64,000 nt of DNA from Octopus sinensis (Eukaryota). Made by a program: the position numbers and the translations under genes. The stretch covers positions 201,872,001-201,936,000 of the forward strand of contig NC_042998.1 in assembly GCF_006345805.1 (NCBI RefSeq), given 5' to 3'. Below are positions 25,443 to 37,830 of this stretch, in pieces; the stretch's first letter is position 1; each line of letters starts with the position of its first letter. The notes under the pieces are model-generated. The model did no database searches and was not told the origin of the DNA. It saw only the letters and a program-made list of their open reading frames with translations.

Positions 25443-28435
25443 ATTTGTGTGACCAAGCTAGAGCTTTCAGAAAAATGAATGGTTATCTCCAGTTGAAGAA
25501 GAAAGCATTAAGATACGGGTGCTTAGGGGTGGCAATACCAGCGGTGAGCGGAAGAATGAGGAAGAGAATGCAGATAGTGAAATTATGACTGTGGAGTTCA
25601 ACGAAGAAAACGAGCATAAGGCTAAGATTATTAATCGGGAAAGCAATGGGAAAATGGCGGAACAAATATTCATTTTAAACGAAATCATTGATGTTTGGAC
25701 TTCCGGTCAGTGGAGCTTTCATACGGGGTTTAAAAAATGTAGACAGAAAGAATCTCAATGAATGGATCAGAATGATAAATAACATCACTGGTGATATCAG
25801 GAGTGACAAGATCACGGACGCCAACAATCTGATAAATGCAATCTCGATCTTTATAAAGCGGAAGTCAGGTTTCAAAGCCGAAGTTAAATGTTAACACAAC
25901 TTGAAGGAACCATGGTGGAAAAGGAGGATAAAAAGGTCTATTAATGAGACCAGAAAGCATATTAATATTTTGGAACGGGAAAAGGGGAAATGAAGTTCAG
26001 TAAGAGAAATATGTTGAGCCAGAGAGGAAGTATAAGGTGAAGAGAAAGGGAATCAATGTTGTGATTGAAGAATTAAAACAGAGGTTGAAAGCTAAAGCAC
26101 ATAAACTGGAGAGATATGAACAACTACTTCAGCAGTACAGATTAAACAGACTTTTCAAACAAACGCAGAAACGAGTCTATCAGGAACTGGATGAGAAAGA
26201 AAAAGTTGATATAGCCGTGCTGGATGCTGAAGAAGGCAAAAGATTCTGGTACATCATATGGTCTAAGGAGAAACAACACGAAACTGAAGCAGAGTGGTTA
26301 AAGACACTCACAGAGGAAAGTGGAGTGCATCAGTAAGATAATTTGAGAATACACGTGGAGATGATTAGAGATGAGTGCAGGAAAATTCGTAGCTGTGGAG
26401 CGGCTGGCTCAGATGGGATTCAGAACTTTTGGCTTTTAAAATACTTGACAGCTCTGCACAGGAAAATTGCGAGATAATTCCACAAAATACTGAGTAATGA
26501 TATCCAAGTACCGACCTGAATGAAAAAAGTAAGAACGGTACTATTCCAAAAGGCGTGCTGGCAGATTCGTTAGCTCGCCGGGCGAAATGCGTAGCCGTAT
26601 TTCATCTGTCGTTACGTTCTGAGTTCAAATTCCGCCGAGGTCGGCTTTGCCTTTCATCCTTTCGAGGTCGATAAATTAAGTACCAGTTATGCACTGGGGT
26701 CGATGTAATCGACTTAATACCTATGTCTGTCCTTGTTTGTCCGCTCTATGTTTAACCCCTTGTGGGTTATAAAGAAATAGGTACTATTCCAAAAGGACTC
26801 AAATAAAAGGAACGCAGTTGGAAATTTCCAAGCGATATCTTGGTTGCAACTGATGTGGAAACTGATGACGGACATTATAGCAAACAGCATCTATAAGTAC
26901 CTAGATAAGAACGATCTACTACCAGTGGAACAAAAAGGTGGAGTCGTAAGATCAAAGAACGGAAGAATCAATAACTAATCGATAAGCCCATCTTGGCTGA
27001 TTGCAGGATGAGACACACACATTTTGGAATAGCATCGATGGACTACATGAAAGCATATGACCTGGTCCCACTCTCGGGAATTATTGAATGTCTTAAACTG
27101 CTTAAGGTCTCACACAATATCCTGAAGTTAATACAAAGCTCAATGACAAGGTGGCGAACTGAACTCACAGCATAGGGATGAGAGACGTAAATATCAATTG
27201 AGGAATCTTTCAAGGGGACAGTCTGTCGCATTTTCTATTTATTTTCTGCATACTGCCACAAACGAACGTTTTAAGAAAGATGCGTTTGGGGTACATGCTA
27301 GACATGATGAAAGGAAACAACCTCTGGTTTATGGATTAACTAAATCTGTTCGCTAATGCTTAGAAAGAAATTGAGAGTTTGACAGAAACTGTGCAGAGGA
27401 TTAGCAAAGATATTGCCATGGAATTTGGATCGAGATATATGAAATGACTCTCGAAAAGGGAACGATCAAGAAAAGCTAAGGGACGAAGCTACAAAATGGC
27501 GAAACTATAAAATATATCGGCGAGGTGGGTATAAGTACATGGGTATCATTGAAAAAGATAAAATAAATGAATACAAGATGAAAGAAATGTACAGGAATGA
27601 GTATCTGTGACTTGTGCTGCAATCGAAGCTAAATGGCCGCTATACGATTAGATCAATTAACACGTGGGTAGTTGCTGTGTTGAGATACGGGGCAGGAATA
27701 ATATCTTCGAAGAAGCATGAATTACAAGAGATAGACCGTAGAATAAGTATATTAATGACAATGAACAAGTAACTACACCCCAAGTGTAATATGTCAAGAT
27801 TGTATGTAAATAGGAAAAGAGGACTGGGATTCGTGTGATCCGAAGGTTGAGTAAGGAAAGAGAAGAATAGGTTGGCTTGGTATGTCAAGGGGAATAGAGA
27901 AGAAAGGATTGAAGCAGTGAAGAAGCTGGAAACCTTAAAAGTGAACGAGGCCGTAGATCCAATACAATTTAAGAACAGAGAGAATAGATGAAGAAAATTT
28001 GGCAGAATAAAAATATGCACCATCAGTTCGTGAAGAATAGAGATAAGATTCATTGGAATAGAACCTGGCAATGGCTGCAGAAAGGAGACATAAAAGGGCC
28101 CACTGAGGCATCAGTGTGAAGCGCTCAAGAACGAGCTCCCAGAACAAAATACTCCAAATATCACATTGATAAAAGCACTGTCTCACCACAGTGTACGATG
28201 TGCTTTGAGAAGGGAGAAAGTATAAGCAATATTGTTAGTGGGTGCTGTAAACTCGCACAAGGCGATTACAATAGAAGACACGGCAATGTAGCCAGGTATG
28301 TCTATTGGCTGTTGTGCGGAAAGCAAACATCGAGAAAGCCGAACAAAGGTATGAACAAAAGCCAGACGGAGTAATAGAAAACGAACATTACAAAATACTC
28401 TGTAATCTTAACATGCAGTGCGACCAAGTTACACA
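25443..28435 (+). mobile_element. R4/Dong-clade non-LTR retrotransposon, decayed, ~3 kb
   Basis: CDQARAFRKNEWL, KLERYEQ...YRLNRLFKQ, MDYMKAYDLVP (IDYKKAYDMVP), FMD*L (FMDD), KLNG..TIRSINTWVVAVLRYGAG, CTMC...IVSGC knuckle, RRHGNVA, PDGVIENEHYKIL; ends in (AAT)n. Confidence 0.9.
26554..26779 (+). mobile_element. SINE type B inserted in the Dong RT region, 17-bp TSD
   Basis: TSD ggtactattccaaaagg at 26537-26553 and 26780-26796. Confidence 0.92.
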
Positions 28436-28481
28436 ATAATAATAATAATGAGGAGGAGAAGGAGGAGCAGGGGGAGGATAT

Positions 28482-28861
28482 CAGGCACTGGCTCTCGTGG
28501 CTTCTGATCTTAACTGATTGGTAGTGATATCATGTATATTGTTTTGTCATGGTATAAAGGATGGGTTACTACAAATATTCTGCTCAATATCACAGATTTG
28601 CTTGTCTGTTGATTGACCTTAAACAGTTGAGCATGTCCTTTGTTCACTGACGATATGTGCATCGCTGAAGATGGGTAGAAGTAGTTGGGGAGCATTATAG
28701 CCATGTGTTGAGAGGAATTCTTTGCGGTTTGGATAATTCACCTCTGGAAACATGAGTGTTTTGTTCAACATCCTCAAACAACTCTTATTCAGGGACCATT
28801 TAATTGGGATGGATTACCACTATCGGTGACACCTTGGTAGCACGCACTGCTCTTTCATTCA
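28482..28861. mobile_element. Second copy of the ~555-bp repeat, internally deleted
   Basis: Aligns with 24545-25100 but lacks the segment after cagggacc..gggatgg. Confidence 0.7.
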
Positions 28862-28885
28862 GTAATAATACTACTACTAATAATA

Positions 28886-28944
<59 letters not shown>

Positions 28945-29071
28945 AAGGAGAATAAAAAGAAGAAGAAGGAGAAGGAGGAGGAGGAGGAGAAGAAGAGAAG
29001 AAGAAGAAGAAGAAGAAGAAGAAGAAGAAGAAGAAGAAGAAGAAGAAGAAGAAGAGAAGAAGAAGAAGAAG
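28862..29071. repeat. (AAT)n-(AAG/GAG)n microsatellite
   Basis: Directly visible. Confidence 0.95.
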
Positions 29072-29084
29072 AATGCCGATGATG

Positions 29085-29510
29085 ATGCATTACCGGAAAA
29101 GGTAATGGACGAAAAGGGGAAGGCATAAATCCTCTGGGTTCTAGATAGACAAGTCATTAGAGCTCCGACGGCCAGATATGGTAACCTTTAGGAGGGAAAA
29201 ACAAGAGTGCCTACTAATTGACGTGGCAGTGCGCGGAGATCAGCATATTAGAATGAAAGACAGAGAAAATATTGATGAATACGGAAACCGGAAAATTGAC
29301 ATCGCTAGGATGAGGCAGCTACGAGAGTCAAACATAAAGTTTATTCCTATTGTCATAGGAGCATTGGGTTCAATACCACCTAATCTGAAAATACGCATCT
29401 GAAAACTTTAGAAAAAACCTACAATGTGGGTGTATTGCGACAGTCGATATTACCTGGAACGGCACGAATATTGCGTCAAGTATTGCCTGTCTGAGGTCCT
29501 TGTTGTGATT
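29085..29510 (+). mobile_element. R4/Dong-type 3' fragment with restriction-like endonuclease motif
   Basis: PEKVMDEKGKA*ILW, RRPDMV, CLLIDVAVRGD, IPIVIGALGSIP: the PD..D RLE signature. Confidence 0.85.
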
Positions 29511-29542
29511 TCAATAACAATAAATAAATAAATGTAAATAAA

Positions 29543-29955
29543 GGCGCAGGAGTGGCTGTGTGGTAAGTAACTTGCCTACCAACCACATGGTTCTGGGTTC
29601 AGTCCCACTGCGTGGCATCTTGGGCAAGTGTCTTCTACTATAGCTTCGGGCCGACCAAATCCTTGTGAATGGATTTGGTAGACGGAAACTGAAAGAAGCC
29701 TGTCGTATATATGTATATATATATATATGTATGTGTATGTATATGTTTGTGTGTCTGTGTTTGTCCCTCTAGCATTGCTTGACAACCGATGTTGGTGTGT
29801 TTACGTCCCCGTCACCTAGCGGTTCGGCAAAAGAGACCGATAGAATAAGTACTGGGCTTACAAAGAATAAGTCCCGGGGGTCCATTTGCTCGATTAAAGG
29901 CGGTGCTCCAGCATGGCCGCAGTCAAATGACTGACACAAGTAAAAGAGTAAATAA
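29543..29955 (+). mobile_element. SINE type A, full length
   Basis: ggcgcaggagtggctgtgtggtaag head through acaagtaaaagag tail. Confidence 0.92.
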
Positions 29956-29974
29956 ATAAATGTATAAATAAGTA

Positions 29975-30480
29975 GGATATTCGGTTTAGAAAATGTGCCA
30001 AAGCAAGCTCGAAAAGAAGAAAACTATTTAAGAGTAACAATATCGCACTAGATAAAAAAGATGAAGAAAGAATTAGACCCAAACTAGACATACAAATACT
30101 TAGGAACCAATGGAATACAAACGGTGCAACATAAACAGATGAAAGAGAAGGAAAGAAGGAAAGAAGGCGAGTTTGATTAGTACTTAGAACCGAACTAAAA
30201 ACAAGATAACGGGTAAAATTATTCTAGTGGTCCTGTATAAATTGGTTACAATATTCTTAATTGGACACTAATTTAACTAACAAAACTAGACAAGAAAACA
30301 AGAAAAATTGACAGAAGTCAGAATGAGTTATCCAAAATCTGACATAGAATGTTTATATTTGCTACGAATTGCAGGCAGTAGGAACGTTTTTACAACTAGA
30401 CAATTACTATAAATTATGCAACTTAAGGATTATAGAAATATGTAAAGCAGAAGAAAGGTAAACTTATACAAACAACCACA
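29975..30480 (+). mobile_element. Third R4/Dong-type fragment (post-RT region)
   Basis: FGLE..AKAS, TYKYLG, QHKQMKEK, NWT...KLDKKTRK, PKSDIECLYL motifs in broken frames. Confidence 0.7.
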
Positions 30481-30527
30481 AAGCAACAACAAATCAATCA
30501 TCCTCTCAATCATCTATATAGATAGAT

Positions 30528-30552
30528 GTATAGATAGATTTATAGATGGATT

Positions 30553-30622
<70 letters not shown>

Positions 30623-30688
30623 GATAGATAGATGGAGCGGTATATATATATATATATAGATAGATAGATAGATACATACATACATACA

Positions 30689-30718
<30 letters not shown>
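30528..30718. repeat. (GATA)n-(TA)n-(CATA)n microsatellite
   Basis: Directly visible. Confidence 0.95.
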
Positions 30719-30719
<1 letters not shown>

Positions 30720-31025
30720 GTTGACGCCAGGAAGATTCAATCAATGTAAAGTAATATATATATATTCGTCCTGTTCTATTCTTATTCGTGTAACATCGTC
30801 CGTTTTTCCGTCCTTGTTTTGTATACATTCGAGGCTTTCTTCCAAGGAATCTAATGCGCTTGGCTTAATTTTCCTTTGGGGCTGGCACAGATCGGAGCAA
30901 TCTCAAGATTAATCAGCCGAAATTGCGAGGGATGAATCCGGTTCTTGACTGAAGATGACGGCTTCGAATATCCCGTTGTGTTTTTGTATCGTCTTCTAAA
31001 TGTTTTGCGTTTGTCCCAGTTTCTA
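30720..31025 (+). mobile_element. Solo LTR-like repeat related to the 36172/36894 pair
   Basis: Shares aaggaatctaatgc, ttggggctggc, cagccgaaatt and gactgaagat..ggcttcgaat with the reverse complement of 36172-36562. Confidence 0.6.
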
Positions 31026-31030
31026 TCTTT

Positions 31031-31061
<31 letters not shown>

Positions 31062-31062
31062 T

Positions 31063-31258
31063 CGCCATGCTGGGGCGCTGAAATTTACATGTTTTTGTCA
31101 TTCTCTATTTTCTCGTATTCCTTTTCTCTTATTCCTTTCTGTTGTGGAGCGTAGGCTCGAAACATACAAAGACTATTTCATTTTCCCTAGCCTGGAACTA
31201 ATACTCTTGCTTGTTGTTCTTACACCTGTCTTCGTTTTTTTTTTTATATAAAGTTCAA
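31063..31258 (+). mobile_element. ~190-bp solo pLTR-like repeat (CUGUNGA family), diverged
   Basis: cgccatg start; ctttCTGTTGTggagcgtaggctcGAAAc at 31135-31171. Confidence 0.65.
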
Positions 31259-31626
31259 CAATGTCTGTGTTGGCGCAAGGAATATTCAATCATTGTATGA
31301 GTTTATATATACTCATACACACATGATGATAATCCTCTCTTTTATACGTTGTTATAATTGGTTATGACACGTATGAAACGTTGGTGTTTGTCCCGAAAGG
31401 AAATCATACATATAACCGATTTGTTATAATCTCTCATTCGCTTATTTTTGCATGTGTCTAGAATTCATACAATATTTATGAAAAGAAAGACGATTTATCA
31501 TATACTTGGGATAAATTTTCCTAAAGATTTTAGATATCATCTGAATAAGAGTCAAAACGTTTGAAAATAGTATTTCATTTAAACAATATTTTATTCAAAC
31601 AATATATATATATAGCGGTCGTGTGT

Positions 31627-31676
31627 TCGCGACTGACGATGGGCAGAAATATCCCGAAACCGATACGATCTCGCGA
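31627..31676 (+). ncRNA. Type I hammerhead ribozyme motif, canonical core
   Basis: tcgcga-CTGACGA-t-ggg..ccc-GAAA-ccgatacgat-C-tcgcga. 6-bp stem I, 3-bp stem II, stem III with one mismatch, AUC triplet. Confidence 0.75.
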
Positions 31677-31823
31677 TCCCATTGTTTGGTAGAGGACGGT
31701 AAAGGTTGGATCCCCTATTTAGAATATATGAAGGGTACAGGTTGCACTAATAACTAGCCCGCTGAAGTTCTGCCCGGGGTTAAAACGGCAGCAACATCGA
31801 ACAGCCATATTAATGTGGCGATA

Positions 31824-31854
31824 TACGTGGTCTGATCAATAAGTATCCGGACTG
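31824..31854. mobile_element. Isolated Tc1/mariner-like TIR
   Basis: ta-cgtggtctgatcaataagtatccggactg resembles mariner TIRs; no partner TIR found. Confidence 0.4.
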
Positions 31855-33835
31855 TGTTGCCAAGCTAATGTACCGTCTCTTTTTGGCAATCAAATTCTAA
31901 ATGCTGCGGTATAGCTTCTTAATATACTACGAAAAATAATCTCAGGACTTTGATTACATAATCACCACCATACTGAAACTTCAGATTTCGAACAATCCCT
32001 GTGTACTAGCAGCTTTCTAGGGTTCCCAATTATCCAGAGGGGTTGATAAGAATGAATTTCAAAATGCATGTCTGTTAGACAGGAAACAATTATAGACCTG
32101 GAATTCTCTTAATCCGTGCTTCTCAGCATGCTAAATAGTAGAAATGCACCAAAGTAGCATATTCTCTCAAAACACATTATGCACACACACGAAACTCATT
32201 AGATATATATTAGATATATCATGATACGCTTCAAACAACCATCTAGTATTCGCATTCCGTTTGACAATATACGAAATACACAGTAAATGACCTTGACTAT
32301 ACAACCCGAATGCTTATATAACATTTCGTACCTTAGCCTTTCTTCTCTAATCATAATATTTAATTTGGTTGTCTTAATGGGTACATTCACGATGCAATTA
32401 TCCGCAAACGCAAAATTAGAATCATTCTAAAGTTATACACAATCGTATCCTAAAGTGATACACATTCATACAAAATCGTTCTACTGTGATTTACTACTTA
32501 ATTTTTACATATCAAAAATCATCACAGTGTAGATGTATAGATATAACATTTAACGTCTTAGATATAACTTAGATTTAAGTGTTGGTGCATTTTGATACGG
32601 CAGAGAAAATACTAATTCCACAATAGCCAAGTTGTGGAAGAAAATATGTCATCAAAACGCCTACACTCAGGAGTCTCACAACCGATTATATGTGTGAGGG
32701 TCTTTGTGGGAGGTTAACGTGCTTTACTCCATCTTTGGTTCCTGAAATGTATTTATTAATATAAACAAGCACAGTTTACCTCTAGAAGACAAAATTTCTC
32801 ACTGATGTTAATATAGTAGTCTACTAAAAATTAATAATGTTAAGGTCGTGTATTCTTGCCATGAAAACGATTCCCAAGTTACATAGTACAACGCACAGCA
32901 CACATTTATTTAACGTATACTCAACAGCAAACGAGCACTATAGTATTTTTTCCTTAACGTAACATTTAATGCCCCTCCCATCAAAAAGGTAAACTCTCTC
33001 AATCTTTCACTTCTGTCTGATGTTTGCTGTATGTGTAGAATTCTACTGAATTAGCAGAGTTAAAAAAACACCAAACCACCACATGAAAACCCTGCTTGTT
33101 AGAAACAAAAGGTAAAAGAGATTATTTGGGAAGGAACTTCCCCGCTTTCCAAAGAGATAAAAGTGAAAGATTAGTGTGTAGCGTTTTGAGAGTAGTCATG
33201 TGATGGGTAAAATTCTTAAAGATTCGTACACAATTTTTCTGCAGGGATTACAAGGAAAAACATTTCAAGAAAGTGATAAATAAATTTGGTGCGGAGAGGG
33301 AAAAAATTAAAATATTCAGAGCGTGTTTCGTGAGTGAAAACCTAATCTCCTCTATCGCAAACATAGGAATCGGAAGAAAGTTAGGAAAAAAATAAGGAGT
33401 GGTGAGCGGAAATGCCACCTCAGCCATGCTGGGAAGAAGAGATAAATGAAAAGGATTTCTTCGAAAACTCCCTTTTAAGTTTATATCAAAGATTAGATTT
33501 TTCAATAGGTTCATAACAAATAGAAATTACACAATAGCTGTAAATTTGTAAGAAAGAGTTGTTCAGTCAAAAACATAGTTTATTTGGTAGACGTATAAGA
33601 AGCAGCTTTCTTTATTATAATACAGATGTGACTAATTTGGAGAAACATTACTTTCATTATTCACACATTGTCACTCTCGTAATCCAACACTTTGTAATTG
33701 TGGTTCAAATTGAAAGTGTGAAATTATTTTCACTTTTAATGAAAGTTGGTCATTGCAGAAAAGTGTATTTCAAATAATTATAGTTGATTGTTGATATAAC
33801 GTAGAAAATATGTAAATGAAAATAACGTTTGACAT

Positions 33836-34044
33836 ACTTTTACTCTTTTACTTGTTTCAGTCATTTGACTGCGGCCAGGCTGGAGCACCGCCTTTAATCG
33901 AGTAACTTATTCTTTTGTAAGCCCAGTACTTATTCAATCGGTCTCTTTTGCCGAACCGCTAAGTAACGGGGACATAAACACACCAGCATCGGTTTTCAAG
34001 CAATGCTAGGGGAACAAACACAGACACACAAACACACACACACA

Positions 34045-34082
<38 letters not shown>

Positions 34083-34248
34083 TACGACGGGCTTCTTTCA
34101 GTTTCCATCTACCAAATCCACTCACAAGGATTTGGTTGGCCCGAGGCTATAGTAGAAGACACTTGCCCAAAGTGCCACGCAGTGGGACTGAACCCTGAAC
34201 CATGTGGTTGGTAAACAAGCTACTTACCACACAGCCACTCCTGCGCCT
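33836..34248 (-). mobile_element. SINE type A, full length
   Basis: Reverse complement of the 29543 family. Confidence 0.92.
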
Positions 34249-34261
34249 CCTGCATGTGTAA

Positions 34262-34545
34262 TTGATTTGGTTGTTCTGATCTTAACATCAGTTGGTAAGT
34301 ATTGAAGTAATCTGCCGAAATCGTTTTGTTTGCAATTGGCTCACCTGTTGCAGGTTCAATCTGTGGAATATTGAAATGATACTCATCTTGTCCATTCCAC
34401 AGAATAAGAGGGTACTGGAGAGCATCATAAGAGGAATGAGTCTGTGAAACACGTTTAAGGTTGTTATCTCGAACACGAGAATGTCATGATTTTCATAGGG
34501 ATCACCAACCATAAGGATAGCTACTTCATTAGACGTGGGCTCATT
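34262..34545 (-). mobile_element. Helitron RepHel coding fragment (pre-Rep region)
   Basis: NEPTSNEVAILMVGD, then after a frameshift RVSQTHSSYDALQYPLILWNGQDEYH...YQLMLR, matching the conserved Helitron YDALQYP motif. Confidence 0.85.
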
Positions 34546-34612
34546 AAAATAGCATAAAATGTACTTTGCTATAGTTCGCTATAGATGTAACGAACGCAGG
34601 CACACACACATA

Positions 34613-34939
34613 AGAAGCACTCCGTCAGTTACGGCGACGAGAGTCCCCGCTGATATGATCAATGGAACAGCCTGCTCGTGAAATTAACGTGCAAGTGGCT
34701 GAGCACTCCACAGACACGTGTACCCCTAACGTAGTTCTCGGGGAGATTCAGCGTGACACAGAGAGTGACAAGGCCGGACCTTTGAAATACAGGTACTACT
34801 AATTTTTGCCAGCTGAGTGGACTGGAGCAACGTGAAATAAAGTGTCTTTCTCAAGGACACAACGCGTTGCCGGGAATTGAACTCACGACCTTACAATCGT
34901 GAGCCGAATGCCCTAACCACTAAGCCACGCGCCTTCACT
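34613..34939 (-). mobile_element. SINE type D with 14-bp TSD
   Basis: tRNA-like head plus a 3' half shared with type C; TSD ggcacacacacata at 34599-34612 and 34940-34953. Confidence 0.9.
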
Positions 34940-35202
34940 GGCACACACACATACACTTACTTATGCATACACACTCATAGAATTGACAATATTGAAAACA
35001 GCCAGATGTAGAAACACGAAGTTCAAGTGAAACGACATATAGTCTATATAGGGGCAAAACATCCTTTCTAATTCATAGTTTTGCTATAAAAAATGTGGAA
35101 AGTTCCAATTTAGCAAAATCTACTATGCGTTACCAATGTAATAAAATACGAAAAGTCAACATCTATGTGGAACATGTACTAAATGTTGTAAAATTCACGA
35201 TT

Positions 35203-35501
35203 GTTAGTTAGTTAGTCAATCTGGCTCAAAAGCAAATAGCAAGCCCATGTAGGAGGACATGGAGTTAAGTACAGGGTGGTGTTCATGTAAAGATTGCAGG
35301 CCACTTGAGGTCAAGGGAGGCTTTGAACAAAGCGGTCGTCGGCATCTTCACCATCTCGTCTGGCAGCTTGTTCCACGGATCCGCAACCCGGACGGAGAAA
35401 GCTCCTCTCCTTCGATTGAGATGAAATCGTCGCAGGTAGAGCTTTTCGGAATGACCCCGCAGCCGACGCTCTGGAGCAGGAGTGAAGAACAGCTCTTTCG
35501 A
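35203..35501 (-). mobile_element. CR1-type LINE 3' end with (CTAA)n tail
   Basis: KELFFTPAPERRLRGHSEKLYLRRFHLNRRRGAFSVRVADPWNKLP...FKASLD. Confidence 0.92.
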
Positions 35502-36171
35502 TTGAATGAATGTCACGGCAAAGACAGTGTAAGTCCAAGAAAATTCAGAAGGGATAATTTTAATTTTTCATAGAAAAATAATTTATTTTACAATTTTGAA
35601 ACGAACGCCAAAGGAATATGCCGCTGTTGTGAAAGTTAATTCAAAACATTCGCTGAAGGGTCTATGTAGCAAGATACAAATTAATTTGACATTACTAAAT
35701 TTTTAAAACTGTGTAACGTTGCAGGCTGTAGAATAATTAATGACTAACGCAGGAAAAAAAGGTTGTGCGACGTTGATACTCACAGCGATGGAAAAGCATG
35801 GCAGGAATAATATCAACATTATCTTGAAACTCGTTAGAAGGAGTGGAATAACATTTCTGTAATTATATTGAAAGATCCAATTTCCGGATTTGTTTTAATA
35901 GCCAGAATTTTTTTTTTTTTCAGACACGTTTGCGAGTATTATGAGTGCTGTCAAATCAGCCAAATTTTCGTGTTGCTAGTACTTGAAAGGGGACGCTATT
36001 TTCCGTTTAAAATGTGATAGTTTCGTTGGTAACGATAATCTTAAATTCGGCATCTCGATTTTGGAAAGCATGAGAGATGTGTACATACACACTTACACAC
36101 ACACACGCATACAAACACCAACATACACACACACACAAACACACACGCACATATATATATGTATATATATA

Positions 36172-37288
36172 TATAAGAATGAATGTTTTTATATATAATG
36201 AACGTGAAATACAGGAAGGGACGAACACGGAACACAGACAAATCATTCGAAGCCTTCAATCTTCAGTCAGACACCGAATCATCATAGCAAATTTCGGCTG
36301 TTCAATTCTGATATTTGCTCCAACTCGGCCAGCCCCAAGAAAAAAAAAAAAAAAAACTAAGCTGTAAGCATTAGATTTCTTGGTAGAAGACAGGAATGTG
36401 AACGCACAAGACGGATGTGAATACAAGAGACGAAAACGAAATTGAAAACAGTAATGAATAAACAAAATATATATAACGGTGGTTGTCATACGACTTTAGA
36501 CCAAATGAGACAAAAACAACAACAACAACATAGCTGGCGTAGAAATAATTACCGTTTCGGTAGCAGGGACACATGTTGGTCGAGATACGAAGGCCAACAG
36601 AATGGTTTAAGAAGCAGCAGGTCGCAGGAGAGAGAGAGAGAGACAGAGAGAGAGGAATCAAAGAGGGTGGAAGGCAGGGGACAGAATCAGTGACCAAGAG
36701 AAAAGGAGAAAGAATGGATTAAGGAGGATGGGAGGAAGAGGGGAGGAGGATGGGAGGAAGAGAGGGGAAGAATCGGAGGGCGCCAAAAAGTTTGGTGAAA
36801 AGCAATGGCGGTAGGAAAGACAGTGTGTATAGAAGTCGTGCAGGGTTTAAAATTGGACAAACAAACGGGGGTTGCACGTAACGCCGTAATAATTATAAGA
36901 ATGAATGTTTTTATATATAATGAACGTGAAATACAGGAAGGGACGAACACGGAACACAGACAAATCATTCGAAGCCTTCAATCTTCAGTCAGACACCGAA
37001 TCATCATAGCAAATTTCGGCTGTTCAATTCTGATATTTGCTCCAACTCGGCCAGCCCCAAGAAAAAAAAAGAAGAAAAAAAACTAAGCTGTAAGCATTAG
37101 GTTTCTTGGTAGAAGACAGGAATGTGAACGCACAAGACGGATGTGAATACAAGAGACGAAAACGAAATTGAAAACAGTAATGAATAAACAAAATATATAT
37201 AACGGTGGTTGTCATACGACTTTAGACCAAATGAGACAAAAACAACAACAACAACATAGCTGGCGTAGAAATAATTACCGTTTCGGTA
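36172..37288 (-). mobile_element. Pair of ~391/395-bp direct repeats around a 331-bp spacer (LTR-like mini-element)
   Basis: 36172-36562 and 36894-37288 differ only in an A-tract and one substitution by eye. Confidence 0.75.
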
Positions 37289-37453
37289 ATACATCGAAAC
37301 AATGCATTGTCTAAAGATGAATAGGGTAAATGTTTTTTTTAAATGTTTCTTTGATTTCTGAATTACTATTACTTGGCGGTTTGAGTCCTGGCTGCTCTTT
37401 CTAGTGGGTCGAATGGCCTATTTGAGGCCGTTCCTCAATTGTTGTTGAATATA

Positions 37454-37491
<38 letters not shown>

Positions 37492-37580
37492 ATTTATATT
37501 TCCTGAGAGCCATACTAATACAATTGTTTGTTTGTATTCCACCTGCCTTCGTCTTTTGTCTATTTTCATAAAGCTTACCG

Positions 37581-37652
<72 letters not shown>

Positions 37653-37683
37653 TATATATATATTATATATATACGTACATATA

Positions 37684-37830
37684 AAAGCGCAGGCGTTGCT
37701 GTTTGATGAGGAGATCAGCTTCCAACCACATATCTCCGCCGTCAATCCCACGGCCTGTCAACTTGCCATGTGTGTGTCGTTTAATTTAGCCTCAAGCTGA
37801 CCAACGTTTTGTGAGTGGATTTTGCAGACA
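37684..37830 (+). mobile_element. Diverged SINE type A 5' half
   Basis: gcgcaggcgttgctgtttg...ccaaccacat...tgaccaacgttttgtgagtggattt. Confidence 0.55.

Noticed and set aside
33245-33329. 85-nt plus-strand exon candidate (DYKEKHFKKV...)
   Set aside because: One open frame and plausible splice sites only; no homology recognised.
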